Positions 18,963 through 29,656 are shown, counted from the first letter of the stretch. The stretch is DNA of 32,000 nt from Edaphobacter aggregans (GCF_003945235.1 NZ_RSDW01000001.1:5760001-5792000); one strand, 5' to 3'. Notes: a model not told the origin generated them from the letters alone. A program made the numbers and translations.

Positions 18963-19460
18963 ATGCCATCGGCTCATGCTCTGGATTCCATCGACTACAA
19001 CATCGTGCGTGCATTGGCCTCGGACGCAAGAATTTCGTACGCAGAGTTGGGCCGAAAAGTGGGCCTTTCTCCGTCGGCAGTTGCAGAACGGGTCCGCCAG
19101 CTGGAAACTGCGAAGGCCGTTCTTGGATATCGGGCACTCCTCGATGAAAAAGCGTTCGGATACAACGTCATCGCTTTTATTCGGCTAACTTGCGACAACA
19201 CGCACTATCGTCCATTTTTGAAGTTTCTGCCAACTCTCGACGCCGTGCGGGAGTGCCATCACATCACCGGAGGAGATGCCTTCCTGATCAAGGTAGTGCT
19301 GTCCTCCATCGACCAATTGGAGCCGCTCATTGAGCGTCTTCTTCCTTATGGGATGCCCACTACCAGCATGGTTCTATCTACTCCCATCTATCGTCAACAG
19401 GAGGCATGGCTGATGAAAAATGCTGGCTTCCCTGCGCAATCTGCAAAGAAGCGAAGTTAG
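18963..19460 (+). CDS. Lrp/AsnC-family transcriptional regulator
   Basis: 165 aa. The N-terminal winged helix-turn-helix reads LDSIDYNIVRALASDARISYAELGRKVGLSPSAVAERVRQLE, followed by a C-terminal RAM/AsnC_trans_reg-like domain (...ECHHITGGDAFLIKV...). A GAGGA Shine-Dalgarno sequence lies 8 nt upstream. Confidence 0.9.
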   Translation: MPSAHALDSIDYNIVRALASDARISYAELGRKVGLSPSAVAERVRQLETAKAVLGYRALLDEKAFGYNVIAFIRLTCDNTHYRPFLKFLPTLDAVRECHHITGGDAFLIKVVLSSIDQLEPLIERLLPYGMPTTSMVLSTPIYRQQEAWLMKNAGFPAQSAKKRS

Positions 19461-19517
19461 CTGTGCGTTTTGTTTTGACCTTAAATTCCTACGTTCATGG
19501 TTTCTGAAAGGATAATG

Positions 19518-22514
19518 ATGCCGATCTATCTGCGTCCTGCATCATTCACTGTTGCGCTTTTGCTCCTATCTGCCTTCACTGCTTCGGCCCAAACCGGTCT
19601 AAATGAAAATTTTGCCAGAGATTCCAGACAGCCTGTCGATCAGGCATACACCGATCACATCCACAAGTACACCACTGACAATAAGTTCCTCTCGCCTTTG
19701 ATCAGCTACCTGCCGGCCTCTTCCACAGTGCCCACGCCTGCAGCAATCTTGGGCGATGTCGCGGGCGCGCCGGACATACTCCCCTATGCGGAGGATGTGT
19801 ACAAGTACTTCCGGCTGCTGGAGAGATCTTCTCCCAGAGTCAAGGTCGTTACGATAGGCCACTCGGAAGAGGGAAGAGAGATGATCGCCGTTGCCATAGC
19901 CGATGAGGCTCTGCTGAAGACGCAGAAGGAAAATGACGAGCGACTGGCGAAACTTGCGGACCCTCGCACCATCGACCTCGATGACAAGAAGGCACAGCCG
20001 CTCATCGATCAGTCCTACCCGGTCTACTACATCACGGGTACCATTCACTCGACCGAGACTGGAGCGCCCACTGCCCTGATGGAGCTTGCCTACCGTCTCG
20101 TAGTCGACGACGCTCCCTATATCAAATACATCCGTTCGCACATGATCGTTTTGCTTACTCCCGTTGTGGAGGTGGACGGCCGCGACCGTATGGTGGACAT
20201 CTACAAATGGCACAAGGCTCACCCAGGTGAGAACTGGCCGCGCCTAACCTACTGGGGACATTATGTCGCGCACGACAATAATCGCGATGCCATGGGCATG
20301 ACCCTGAACCTCAGCAACAATGTACTGAACGCCTATCTTGGCTGGCATGCACAGGTCCTTCATGACCTGCACGAATCCGTGCCTTTTCTGTACGACAACA
20401 CCGTTGGGGACGGACCGTACAACGCCTGGATCGATCCTATTCTCGCCGATGAGTGGGCCGAGCTTGGCTGGAACAACGTGTCCCAGATGCAGTCCCTGGG
20501 TATGCCCGGAGTCTTTACGCATGGTGACTTCGACACTTGGAGCCCTGGATATCTAATGTTCCTTGGAGGGCTGCACAACGGAATCAGTCGCCTTTATGAG
20601 ACTTTCGGCAACGGCGGAGCAGATACCGTAAAGCGCATTCTGAAGCCTGAGGAGTACTCCCGTACTTGGTATCGCCAGAATACCCCGATGCCTACTGTCA
20701 TGTGGTCTCAGCGGGACAACAATAACTATGAGCAGAGCGCGCTGCTAACGACGATCTCTTACTTCTCGCACAACACGCATCACTTTCTCGAAAACTACTA
20801 CATCAAGAGCAAACGGTCAGTTCAGAAGCCAGCGCTTGAGGGTCCGACGGCCTACGTGCTCCCGGCGGACCCTACAGAGCTAAACCGCCAGTTGCAGCTA
20901 CTCAAGGTACTCAAGTTGCAGCATGTCGAGATCCAACAACTCTCCGAAGCCGTCACCAGTTCCATCCCACCCGCCAAGCGAGGAGAGCCTGCCACGATGG
21001 AGACCTTTCCCCCAGGCAGTTACGTTATTCGCCTCGACCAACCCTTCTCGCGGATAGCGGACGCTCTTTTGGACAAACAATACTGGGCTCCCGACGACGC
21101 ACAGAAGCATCCCTATGACGATACGGGTTGGTCGTTCAGTCAGCTCTTCAATGTCAAAGTTGCACGTCTCACGGATGGTGCGATCCTCCGTGCAAGGATG
21201 GCCCCTGCCTCGAATTTGGACTCAGCATCCGGAAAGTTGAACGGCTCGGGCTCCGTCTACGTGATTGCAGATACGGGTCAAACCTCGTTGCTGGCGCTCG
21301 TCTATCAATTGAAAGCAGCGCATGTCGAGATCGCAGAAAAGTCCTTTGAAGCCGAGGGTAAATCCTTCGCTCCGGGCTCGCTATTGATTACACAGGCGGA
21401 CGAGCAGATCTTTGGGACTGCAATTCACAAGCTGGCGTTGGATGCCACTCGGCTGAGTGCCACTCCGTCGGTCCCCATGCACGTTGTGTCCGCGCCACGG
21501 ATTGCTTTCATGCATAGCTGGCTCAGCACACAGACCGAGGGATGGTGGAGGCTTGCCTTCGACAAGATTGGCATTCCATATACCTATATCAGCACGCAAA
21601 CTGCGGCATCAGAGCCTGATCTGCGCAGCAAGTATGACGTAATTATCTTTGCTCCAATAGGCCGCTCGTCCACGCAGGAGATCATAGATGGCCTGCCGAT
21701 GTGGGGTAATGCTTTGCCTTGGCAAAAGACTGAACTGACCCCGAATCTTGGTCTGCTTGATCAGACGTCGGATACGCGTCCTGGTCTCGGCTATGAGGGG
21801 GTCGGACATCTGAAATCTTTTGTGGAGAAGGGAGGCTTACTCATCACTTGTGAAGATACTGCGCAATTTGCGACGGAGTCCGGTCTTGCTCCGGGGGTAT
21901 CGGTTGCTCCTCGAGGAGACGTTCGGGTGGTGGGTAGTGTTCTCGCCAGTACCTTTGTCTCGCCGTCCAGCCCTGTCGCCTATGGGTACAGTTCTACGTT
22001 GCCAGTAATGAGCGCTAATGGCATGGTCTTTAATGTGAGCAACACGCTGGCACGCGAGACGGGTCGAGTGTTGATGGATCCTTATACCAACCGGCCCACA
22101 GGACGCGGGGGTCCGGACGACTCCGACATACCGCAGGGTCGTAGCAACGTCGAGCCGGAGGTCATCCCGAAACAGAAACCGTGGGAAGCGAAGCCTATGA
22201 ACGAGGACCAGTTGAGGAATAACGTTCAGGCCATCCCCGAACTCTATCGACCACTGGTGATTCTGCGCCTGAATGAGCAGAAGGGTCTCCTGCTTTCGGG
22301 CCTTTTGGACAAAGGAATGACGATCGCCGAGCATGCGATTGTGGTAAACGCGCATCTTGGCTCAGGCAACGTACTACTCTTCGCCAACAATCCGGTCTAT
22401 CGCGGAGAGACGATCGGTAGCTACAACCTGGTCTTCAACGCGATCCTTAACTACGACCACCTAAGCCGACAGACAAACGCCCATCCGGAGAAGGCATCGG
22501 CAGCGGCTGAATAG
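19518..22514 (+). CDS. Secreted M14-family zinc metallocarboxypeptidase (paralog B), about 998 aa
   Basis: Signal peptide ...LLLLSAFTASAQ/TG. M14 motifs are present: YITGTIHSTE (HxxE), VAHDNNRD and VLHDLHES. The protein is collinear with the ORF at 3179-5863, including the C-terminal YDVIIF.../...GGLLI block. An AGGA Shine-Dalgarno sequence lies 5 nt before ATG 19518. In-frame ATGs at 19497 and 19515 are alternative starts. Confidence 0.85.
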   Translation: MPIYLRPASFTVALLLLSAFTASAQTGLNENFARDSRQPVDQAYTDHIHKYTTDNKFLSPLISYLPASSTVPTPAAILGDVAGAPDILPYAEDVYKYFRLLERSSPRVKVVTIGHSEEGREMIAVAIADEALLKTQKENDERLAKLADPRTIDLDDKKAQPLIDQSYPVYYITGTIHSTETGAPTALMELAYRLVVDDAPYIKYIRSHMIVLLTPVVEVDGRDRMVDIYKWHKAHPGENWPRLTYWGHYVAHDNNRDAMGMTLNLSNNVLNAYLGWHAQVLHDLHESVPFLYDNTVGDGPYNAWIDPILADEWAELGWNNVSQMQSLGMPGVFTHGDFDTWSPGYLMFLGGLHNGISRLYETFGNGGADTVKRILKPEEYSRTWYRQNTPMPTVMWSQRDNNNYEQSALLTTISYFSHNTHHFLENYYIKSKRSVQKPALEGPTAYVLPADPTELNRQLQLLKVLKLQHVEIQQLSEAVTSSIPPAKRGEPATMETFPPGSYVIRLDQPFSRIADALLDKQYWAPDDAQKHPYDDTGWSFSQLFNVKVARLTDGAILRARMAPASNLDSASGKLNGSGSVYVIADTGQTSLLALVYQLKAAHVEIAEKSFEAEGKSFAPGSLLITQADEQIFGTAIHKLALDATRLSATPSVPMHVVSAPRIAFMHSWLSTQTEGWWRLAFDKIGIPYTYISTQTAASEPDLRSKYDVIIFAPIGRSSTQEIIDGLPMWGNALPWQKTELTPNLGLLDQTSDTRPGLGYEGVGHLKSFVEKGGLLITCEDTAQFATESGLAPGVSVAPRGDVRVVGSVLASTFVSPSSPVAYGYSSTLPVMSANGMVFNVSNTLARETGRVLMDPYTNRPTGRGGPDDSDIPQGRSNVEPEVIPKQKPWEAKPMNEDQLRNNVQAIPELYRPLVILRLNEQKGLLLSGLLDKGMTIAEHAIVVNAHLGSGNVLLFANNPVYRGETIGSYNLVFNAILNYDHLSRQTNAHPEKASAAAE

Positions 22515-22845
22515 GGCAAGTGTCAATTAACGAGAACAAGGGGCTTCCCGGCAACTGGCGCCATTCGCCTATCTAGGTGAACGACAACGAACACGTCACC
22601 AAACTCGTCGCCGATTCGTCACCAAAACTAGCCGTGTTGAGGACGAATCGGGCGGGTATGAACCGCGGAAAATAAGGCAGGTAAAGTTATGTTGCTAAAG
22701 ACCCGACCGGAATGCATGTCCTCATAGAGCCGTATTTCTGCATGGAGGTGCAGAAGGTCTGTCGCAGAACCTGAAAGGTGACCAAATCTCGATCCCTAAG
22801 AATGTGGGAGATCGCCACGGAATAATCGCTCATGCGAACTGGCCT

Positions 22846-24267
22846 TCAGAACTCGAATTGGAGCCGGGTCTGGAAGAACTGTGTATTGCCTTTGAGGTTG
22901 AAGCGATCCAGACGCCCGATGCCATAGGCAGCCACAATACGCAGATAATCCGTCAGGTACCAGTTCACCATCGGCGTGAATCGCTTGAATTTCCCTCCCT
23001 GCAACGTTCCGCTGTCCAGGTCGATGTCGGAAAAGCGTGCTACCAACTCCACAGCGCCCGGACCGCCGGAGAAGACTGGCCTCTTGGGTATTACCTCTCT
23101 GAAGGCTCCCTGGACCGTATTGTAAGCACGCGCTTCTCCAGTGAGGCACCACGTAGCAACAAAGTCGCCACCGTGGATGGTCGGATTGTGAGTCGAAGGC
23201 GAGGAGACGCCGACCCACCAGTATTCGCTACCCACCAGGAAGGGACCTCTACGGTAGTAGGTCTCATATCCCGCCATCTTAGTATTGGTGGCTGCGAACT
23301 TACCCGTGTCCACAAAGTAAGGAGCGGGGAATGCCTCTGGGCGTGAACGGAATTGGAGCTGCCCCTTTTCCGGACTTCCGTTCCTCAGATTCACTCCTAA
23401 GTGGAGCACCTCACGCTTTTCGTCGGAATGAATCGGGAGCCACGCTACGCGCAGAACGGTTTGACTATGGTACGTAGAGAAGCTTTGGTTGTGAGAGAGC
23501 CAGTCGTTGTAGTACCCAAAGTTCCATAGAAAGCCGTGCTTGGGCGTGTAGCCGAGCCACTTGAAACCGTCTGCGAGGATCGGGATGGTCGCATCGCTCA
23601 TAGTGGAGCGTTCCATCGTCCATCCGTCATAGCCGACCATCACCTTGTTCAGGGAGAAACCTTCCTTGGAGCGGCCGATGAAGATGTTGCCCCACAGTTC
23701 GGGGACTGCGACCATAACGCCGGTCTGACGCATCAGCCACGCGTGCGTTGGACTGTCGTACATGATTCCGACATTCCAGGTCACTTTGCGCGAGAGGCTT
23801 GGAAAGCTACCCCCCAGAACGAATCGAAAGTCGCGAAGTCTCTGGTCCGGTGACATCTTGATCTGTTCTTTGCTCGCATCGTCCTGCGCAAAGCTTGCCG
23901 CTTCGACCAGAAGCCCTAAGCCAGCTCTGGCAGTGATGTACGGCCCGCGGTACTCATTCCACTGAGCCATCCTTCGCGGTGAGTGATCGATATCGTCGTC
24001 CATTTCACCCGCATCAACGGTGTCGTTGAGCGAGGATGGAGGGGCCGTTGTGCTTGGTGGCGGTGTCGTTGTCTGTGGTGAACTGGGATTGGTGTCGGGA
24101 GACGTAGCGGCCGGTTTCTGCGAATTGTCCTGCTGCGATTGTTGGCTCGATTTCGCTGCTTCCCCGGCAATTGTGCTGTCTTGCCCGTAGCAAGAGTGCC
24201 ATGCGGGCAAGACGGCAAGGATGATCAGCAAGAGAAAGAACGACCTTAGGATGAGGAGGATCCTCAT
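22846..24267 (-). CDS. Outer-membrane porin, phosphate-selective porin O/P (OprO/OprP)-like family, with S/T/P/Q-rich N-terminal linker
   Basis: 473 aa with a hydrophobic signal sequence (MRILLILRSFFLLLIILAVLPA...). A low-complexity segment (SSQQSQQDNSQKPAATSPDTNPSSPQTTTPPPSTTAPPSS) follows, then a region of alternating beta-strand character. The C-terminal part, FTPMVNWYLTDYLRIVAAYGIGRLDRF...RLQFEF, resembles the Porin_O_P signature and ends in Phe. The gene starts 19 nt downstream of the asparaginase gene. Confidence 0.65.
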   Translation of the reverse strand: MRILLILRSFFLLLIILAVLPAWHSCYGQDSTIAGEAAKSSQQSQQDNSQKPAATSPDTNPSSPQTTTPPPSTTAPPSSLNDTVDAGEMDDDIDHSPRRMAQWNEYRGPYITARAGLGLLVEAASFAQDDASKEQIKMSPDQRLRDFRFVLGGSFPSLSRKVTWNVGIMYDSPTHAWLMRQTGVMVAVPELWGNIFIGRSKEGFSLNKVMVGYDGWTMERSTMSDATIPILADGFKWLGYTPKHGFLWNFGYYNDWLSHNQSFSTYHSQTVLRVAWLPIHSDEKREVLHLGVNLRNGSPEKGQLQFRSRPEAFPAPYFVDTGKFAATNTKMAGYETYYRRGPFLVGSEYWWVGVSSPSTHNPTIHGGDFVATWCLTGEARAYNTVQGAFREVIPKRPVFSGGPGAVELVARFSDIDLDSGTLQGGKFKRFTPMVNWYLTDYLRIVAAYGIGRLDRFNLKGNTQFFQTRLQFEF

Positions 24268-24286
24268 ATCGCATTCCCGGATGGGA

Positions 24287-25368
<1,082 letters not shown>

Positions 25369-25401
25369 TCAAATGCACATTGCGTTCATGTGATGACGTA
25401 T

Positions 25402-26922
25402 TTATTTGTTTACGTATTTGCTTCTGTCTAAATTTGTGAGCTTGACCGGGTCAAGGAGATCTTGGATCTGCGCCTCTGTTAGGACGTGCTTCTCTCTGAT
25501 GATTTCGAGAATTCCTTTTCCGCTGCTGTAGGCTTCTTGCGCCAATTCTGTGGCCTTTTCATAACCCACAATGGGATTCAGTGCCGTAACGATACCCACA
25601 GTCGTTTCCATATAGTGCGCCAGCACCTTCTCATCCACGGTGATTCCGTCGACACATTTCGTTCGGAACAGTTTTGACGTGTTATTCAGCAGCTCCTGCG
25701 ATTCCATCATCGATAGACCTTCTACCGGCTCGTACGCATTGAGTTGGAGCTGCCCCGAGTGGGCCGCGATTGTCGTCACAAAGTCATTGCCCATCACGCG
25801 AAAGGCGACAAGATTCACGACTTCAGGGACGACGGGGTTGACCTTGCCCGGCATGATGGAGGAACCAGGCTGCAGCGCGGGCAGATCGATCTCATTCAAT
25901 CCGGCCCTTGGCCCTGAAGCCAGAAGAATCAAATCGCTGGAAATCTTGGAAAGCTTGATCGCTGTGCTCTTGAGAGCAGCGGAATAGACCACAAATCCTT
26001 GCTGATCCCACGTAGCGGCAAGCATATCGTCGGCCGGTACGATCGGTTTGCCCATGAGCGTCGCCATATGCGCCGCACATTTTTCCGCATATCCTTTTGG
26101 CGCATTCATGCCGGTACCGATAGCGGTAGCCCCCATGTTTACTACGTAGAGCGATTTCTCTGCTTGTCTGAGTCCTGCAATTTCACCATCCAGAGACGCT
26201 GCGAAGGCATTGAGTTCCTGACCAACTGTCATGGGCACAGCGTCTTGCAATTCCGTGCGGCCCATCTTGACGACCTTGAGGTAGGTGTCGCCCTTCGTTC
26301 GGAACGACGCCGAGAGCTTTTGCAATTCATCGACCAGCTTGTCATTGCGGAGAATGAGGGCCACCTTGATCGCCGTTGGATAGGAATCGTTGGTGGATTG
26401 CGACATGTTCAGGTCGTCATGAGGCTCTAGGAACTGATATTCGCCTTTTTTGTGACCCGTTAATTCGAGACCGACGTTCGCGAGCACCTCATTGGCATTC
26501 ATGTTGGTGGAAGTCCCAGCACCGCCCTGATACCAATCCACCATGAATTGGTCCTGATATTTTCCGTCCCGTACAGCTTGGGCGGCCTTTTCAATCGCCG
26601 CCAGCCTTTCCGGCTTCATCGCCCCAACATCAGTGTTTGCCTGCGCTGCCGCGAGCTTGACGATAGCCCACGCCTGAATGAACTCCGGGTAGTGATTGAT
26701 CGGAATGCCTGAGAGCTGAAAATTCTCCAATGCCCGCTGAGTCTGCACTCCATAGTAGGCATCCGCCGGAATCTGTTTTTCCCCAAGCAGATCCTTTTCG
26801 GTTCGCGTCTTACCAGTAGATGATTGAGTGGGTTGCTGAGACAACAGCATGTTGCCAGCAAAGAACACCGTAAGCGCCAATGCATCTGCAGTCCGTAAGA
26901 TTCGTAAAAGAGATCCTCGCAT
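25402..26922 (-). CDS. aspA: Aspartate ammonia-lyase (aspartase) with a ~40-residue hydrophobic N-terminal extension
   Basis: From EKDLLGEKQIPADAYYGVQTQRALENF onward the protein is collinear with AspA. The fumarate-lyase signature GSSIMPGKVNPVVPE is present. A strong GGGAGG Shine-Dalgarno sequence lies 6 nt before ATG 26922; the ORF track starts at the in-frame GTG at 26946. Confidence 0.9.
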   Translation of the reverse strand: MRGSLLRILRTADALALTVFFAGNMLLSQQPTQSSTGKTRTEKDLLGEKQIPADAYYGVQTQRALENFQLSGIPINHYPEFIQAWAIVKLAAAQANTDVGAMKPERLAAIEKAAQAVRDGKYQDQFMVDWYQGGAGTSTNMNANEVLANVGLELTGHKKGEYQFLEPHDDLNMSQSTNDSYPTAIKVALILRNDKLVDELQKLSASFRTKGDTYLKVVKMGRTELQDAVPMTVGQELNAFAASLDGEIAGLRQAEKSLYVVNMGATAIGTGMNAPKGYAEKCAAHMATLMGKPIVPADDMLAATWDQQGFVVYSAALKSTAIKLSKISSDLILLASGPRAGLNEIDLPALQPGSSIMPGKVNPVVPEVVNLVAFRVMGNDFVTTIAAHSGQLQLNAYEPVEGLSMMESQELLNNTSKLFRTKCVDGITVDEKVLAHYMETTVGIVTALNPIVGYEKATELAQEAYSSGKGILEIIREKHVLTEAQIQDLLDPVKLTNLDRSKYVNK

Positions 26923-27128
26923 CCGCCGCCTCCCGGTCGACCACACTTATTTGTGTGGTCTTTTGTTCAGACGCTACCTGGCCGACTATCGCATCAACGT
27001 ACCAGCCGCTGATAGCCAATAACAACTAGGGCTTTCCCTAGGCTCAGGAGCAAGGAAATCGGTGTGGAAAGGTTGGGAATGAGCAGATTTTTTCAAAGTG
27101 TGCAGGGATTGATCCTGAATATTAGCGA

Positions 27129-28835
27129 CTAGCCTTGATGCACCAACACCACGATTACCGATCCCCACAGTGCGAATAACAACGCACCTATTGCATAACT
27201 CACGCCATACCCTAAAACGGGCACGCGACTCTCTGCTTTCTCCAGCAGGGCCGCCAATCCAGGGGAGAATGTACCGCTTCCCGCGCAGATGCCGAGCAGG
27301 ATTCCGGGATGCAGTCGGAAGATATAACGGCCTGCAAGGATAGTAAGCAAATACGGCGCTGCGGCTACGATAACGCCCGTAACAAGGAGCGCAAGCCCGG
27401 TTGAGCGGACTCCATGTACGAAACTAGGACCAGCATTTATACCGATTGAGGTTATGAATGCGGTGAGGCCAAGGGTATCCATCAACCAGATTACGGGCTC
27501 GGGCACTCTGCTGAAGGCAGGCTTGATCGAATGCAGCCAACCGACCACAAGCGAAGCTACCAGGACGCCGACAGGAAGGCCCAGCCCAATGCTGAGTCTC
27601 GCGAAGTGCAGAGCAGGCAAACCGATGAGGCCGCCAATACCAACGGCCAAACAAATCGATATTAGATCGGTCGCATTCGATGCTCGTTCGACGGAACCCA
27701 GTTGTGCTGCCACTCGGTCGACGTGTCGTTTGGCACCAATAAGCGTCAACACATCGCCTCGTTCCAGTACGACCTTCGAGCCTAACGGTAGTTCTTCTCC
27801 CCCTCGCAATACTTTACGAACGTAGACTCCTCTGGTCGCTACTTCACCGCCTAAAGTTTCAACTATCTCGGAAAGGGTTCGATGCCGCAGATCTTTCCGC
27901 TCTAAGATGTAGTCGACCGCTATAGCGGGAATGTCCAATAGTGCTGGCTCTTCAACCTCATACGGATGCAACGGATTACTAGACCCTCCAAGCAATTGGG
28001 GTCGCCCTGAGAGAACGATGAGATCGCCTGCAAGGAGTCGAAGGTTTGGATTGGCATCCATAATTCCCTGATTGTTCTTCACTCTTTCTACAAATACCCG
28101 TCCCGGTGAGAAGGACTCATCCAATTCGGCCACAGATCTATTGTTCATGCTCTCCGGCACCTTGTAGGCCCGCATTACAAATTGTTTGTAGGCAGAAACA
28201 ACTCCGAGTTCATCTTTCTTCATACCCAATTCGCTTTCCAGCTTTTGGCATTCGGCGCGAAGATCAATTCTCATCACCCAAGGACCAATTCGAACAAGGA
28301 CGAGGATTTCTGTAAATATTCCGACCATATACGTCACCGCATAAGCGATGGTTATATTGGTGGTAAGTGTGCGACGCACATTCTCGTCTAGAGGAAGTTT
28401 TCTAACAGCATCACTTCCCGTTCCAACTGCCTCCGACGCATGAACTCCAGCGAGGAGTCCCGCCGCCGTCCCAGCATCGAATCCGAGAACACGCGCTACG
28501 GAATAGGTCGTCACCAATCCGCTTACGGCAAACAAGACGGTAAGGATCACTTGAGGAAGTGCATTGCGCCCAAGACCTCTGAAGAATTGAGGTCCCGTCT
28601 TGTAGCCGACGGCAAATAGGAATAAGAGAAAGAACGTACTACCAAGAACGCTCGGGACTACGATACCGAGCTGCCCAACAGCAAGACCGGCCAGGAGACA
28701 TCCAACAACCGGGCCGAGCTTGAGGGATCCTATCCGAAGTCGCCCGATGAGATAACCGGCAGCGAGAGCCAGGAAGAGAGCCAGCTCAGGATGATCTCGC
28801 AGCGCACCTCTGATCCATTCGATTGTTGTCGTCAT
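27129..28835 (-). CDS. Aspartate:alanine exchanger (AAE) family transporter, AspT/YidE/YbjL-like, with two central RCK-C/TrkA-C domains
   Basis: 568 aa. The N-terminus, IEWIRGALRDHPELALFLALAAGYLIGRLRIGSLKLGPVVGCLLAGLAVGQ, is typical of the family. There are two hydrophobic multi-helix halves. They are separated by two soluble repeats that each contain a GDxLxxxG-type motif (AGDLIVLSG and RGDVLTLIG). Confidence 0.8.
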   Translation of the reverse strand: MTTTIEWIRGALRDHPELALFLALAAGYLIGRLRIGSLKLGPVVGCLLAGLAVGQLGIVVPSVLGSTFFLLFLFAVGYKTGPQFFRGLGRNALPQVILTVLFAVSGLVTTYSVARVLGFDAGTAAGLLAGVHASEAVGTGSDAVRKLPLDENVRRTLTTNITIAYAVTYMVGIFTEILVLVRIGPWVMRIDLRAECQKLESELGMKKDELGVVSAYKQFVMRAYKVPESMNNRSVAELDESFSPGRVFVERVKNNQGIMDANPNLRLLAGDLIVLSGRPQLLGGSSNPLHPYEVEEPALLDIPAIAVDYILERKDLRHRTLSEIVETLGGEVATRGVYVRKVLRGGEELPLGSKVVLERGDVLTLIGAKRHVDRVAAQLGSVERASNATDLISICLAVGIGGLIGLPALHFARLSIGLGLPVGVLVASLVVGWLHSIKPAFSRVPEPVIWLMDTLGLTAFITSIGINAGPSFVHGVRSTGLALLVTGVIVAAAPYLLTILAGRYIFRLHPGILLGICAGSGTFSPGLAALLEKAESRVPVLGYGVSYAIGALLFALWGSVIVVLVHQG

Positions 28836-28984
28836 TCAAACGCTGCCTCGATTCCTCTATGACAGAAAATTTGGTCCGCGCCGACCCCACATCATGGGCC
28901 AGTCTATCCCCGGTTCGCCGTTAAGGCCAGATTGTTATGTATCGCTTGCGTCTCAAATAGCGCGAGGGAACAACTGCTTGCTTG

Positions 28985-29656
28985 CTAATTTGCAGTTCGG
29001 TGGTTTGGGGCAATCAGACCGCGGTTTAGCGCGAACAGGACCAAGTCGGCGTTGCTTTTAAAGTTGAACGACACCATGATGTGATGTTTGTGGAACTCCA
29101 CGGTTTTCTGACTTAACTGGAGCAATCCGGCGATCTCCTTCATGGATCTGCCCTCGGCGAGCAATTGAACGATATCTTTCTGTCGCGGCGTCATCTCTGT
29201 CGAGAACTGCCTCGCCCTGGCCTTCGCTTCAACCCAATCATCGGCCTTTAGTTTAGGTGTCAAATAGGATTGGCCGCGCAATACCTGTTCAATAGCTTGT
29301 AGCAGCTCTGAACCTGCCGAATGTTTGAGAACAAATGCGATCGAGCCGAGTTCGAGCGCCGCCGCAGCAAGATTCGGATCGTCCCGCATCGTCAAGAAAA
29401 TGAACTTTACCTTGGGAGCCAGTTCCTTGATTCTGCGGGCTGCGTCTAATCCATTTAGGAGCGGCATCCCTACGTCGACAATAACTATTTCCGGCCTCAG
29501 CCTGATTGCTTCAGCGACAAGAGCACGGCCATCCGAAACCACTCCTACAATTTCGAGGGCTGTACCCAAATAAACCCTCAAAGCATCGGAAAAAATCACA
29601 TGGTCATCGGCGATCAAGCAACGTGGGCGGGCCCGGTTAGTGGGAATCTTCTCCAT
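28985..29656 (-). CDS. NarL/LuxR-family response regulator (REC + LuxR-type HTH)
   Basis: 223 aa. The receiver domain reads CLIADDH...IVIVDVGMPLLNGLDAARRIKE...KFIFLT...AFVLKHS. The C-terminal helix-turn-helix reads MTPRQKDIVQLLAEGRSMKEIAGLLQLSQKTVEFHKHHIM. No histidine kinase gene is adjacent. Confidence 0.9.
   Translation of the reverse strand: MEKIPTNRARPRCLIADDHVIFSDALRVYLGTALEIVGVVSDGRALVAEAIRLRPEIVIVDVGMPLLNGLDAARRIKELAPKVKFIFLTMRDDPNLAAAALELGSIAFVLKHSAGSELLQAIEQVLRGQSYLTPKLKADDWVEAKARARQFSTEMTPRQKDIVQLLAEGRSMKEIAGLLQLSQKTVEFHKHHIMVSFNFKSNADLVLFALNRGLIAPNHRTAN

Noticed and set aside
22609-22755. Small inverted repeats in the convergent gap between M14 paralog B and the porin. These are CGCCGATTCGTC...GACGAATCGGGCG at 22609-22654 and TTCTGCA-N6-TGCAGAA at 22736-22755. 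A duplicated CGTCACCAAA(A)C is also present.
   Set aside because: The stems are short or imperfect and no T-run follows on either strand. This is not strong enough to call terminators or a repeat element.
26923-26946. Twin-arginine (Tat) signal for aspartase if the upstream GTG (26946) is used, giving MWSTGRRRMRGS...
   Set aside because: The GTG has no Shine-Dalgarno sequence, whereas ATG 26922 has GGGAGG at ideal spacing. GRRRMRG also does not match the S/T-R-R-x-F-L-K consensus. It is kept only as an alternative to test with TatP.
27026-27041. CTAGGG-CTTT-CCCTAG hairpin between the transporter and aspA, followed on the minus strand by TTGTTATT.
   Set aside because: The stem is only 6 bp and the U-tract is interrupted. 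It is at best a weak attenuator, which is insufficient for a feature call.
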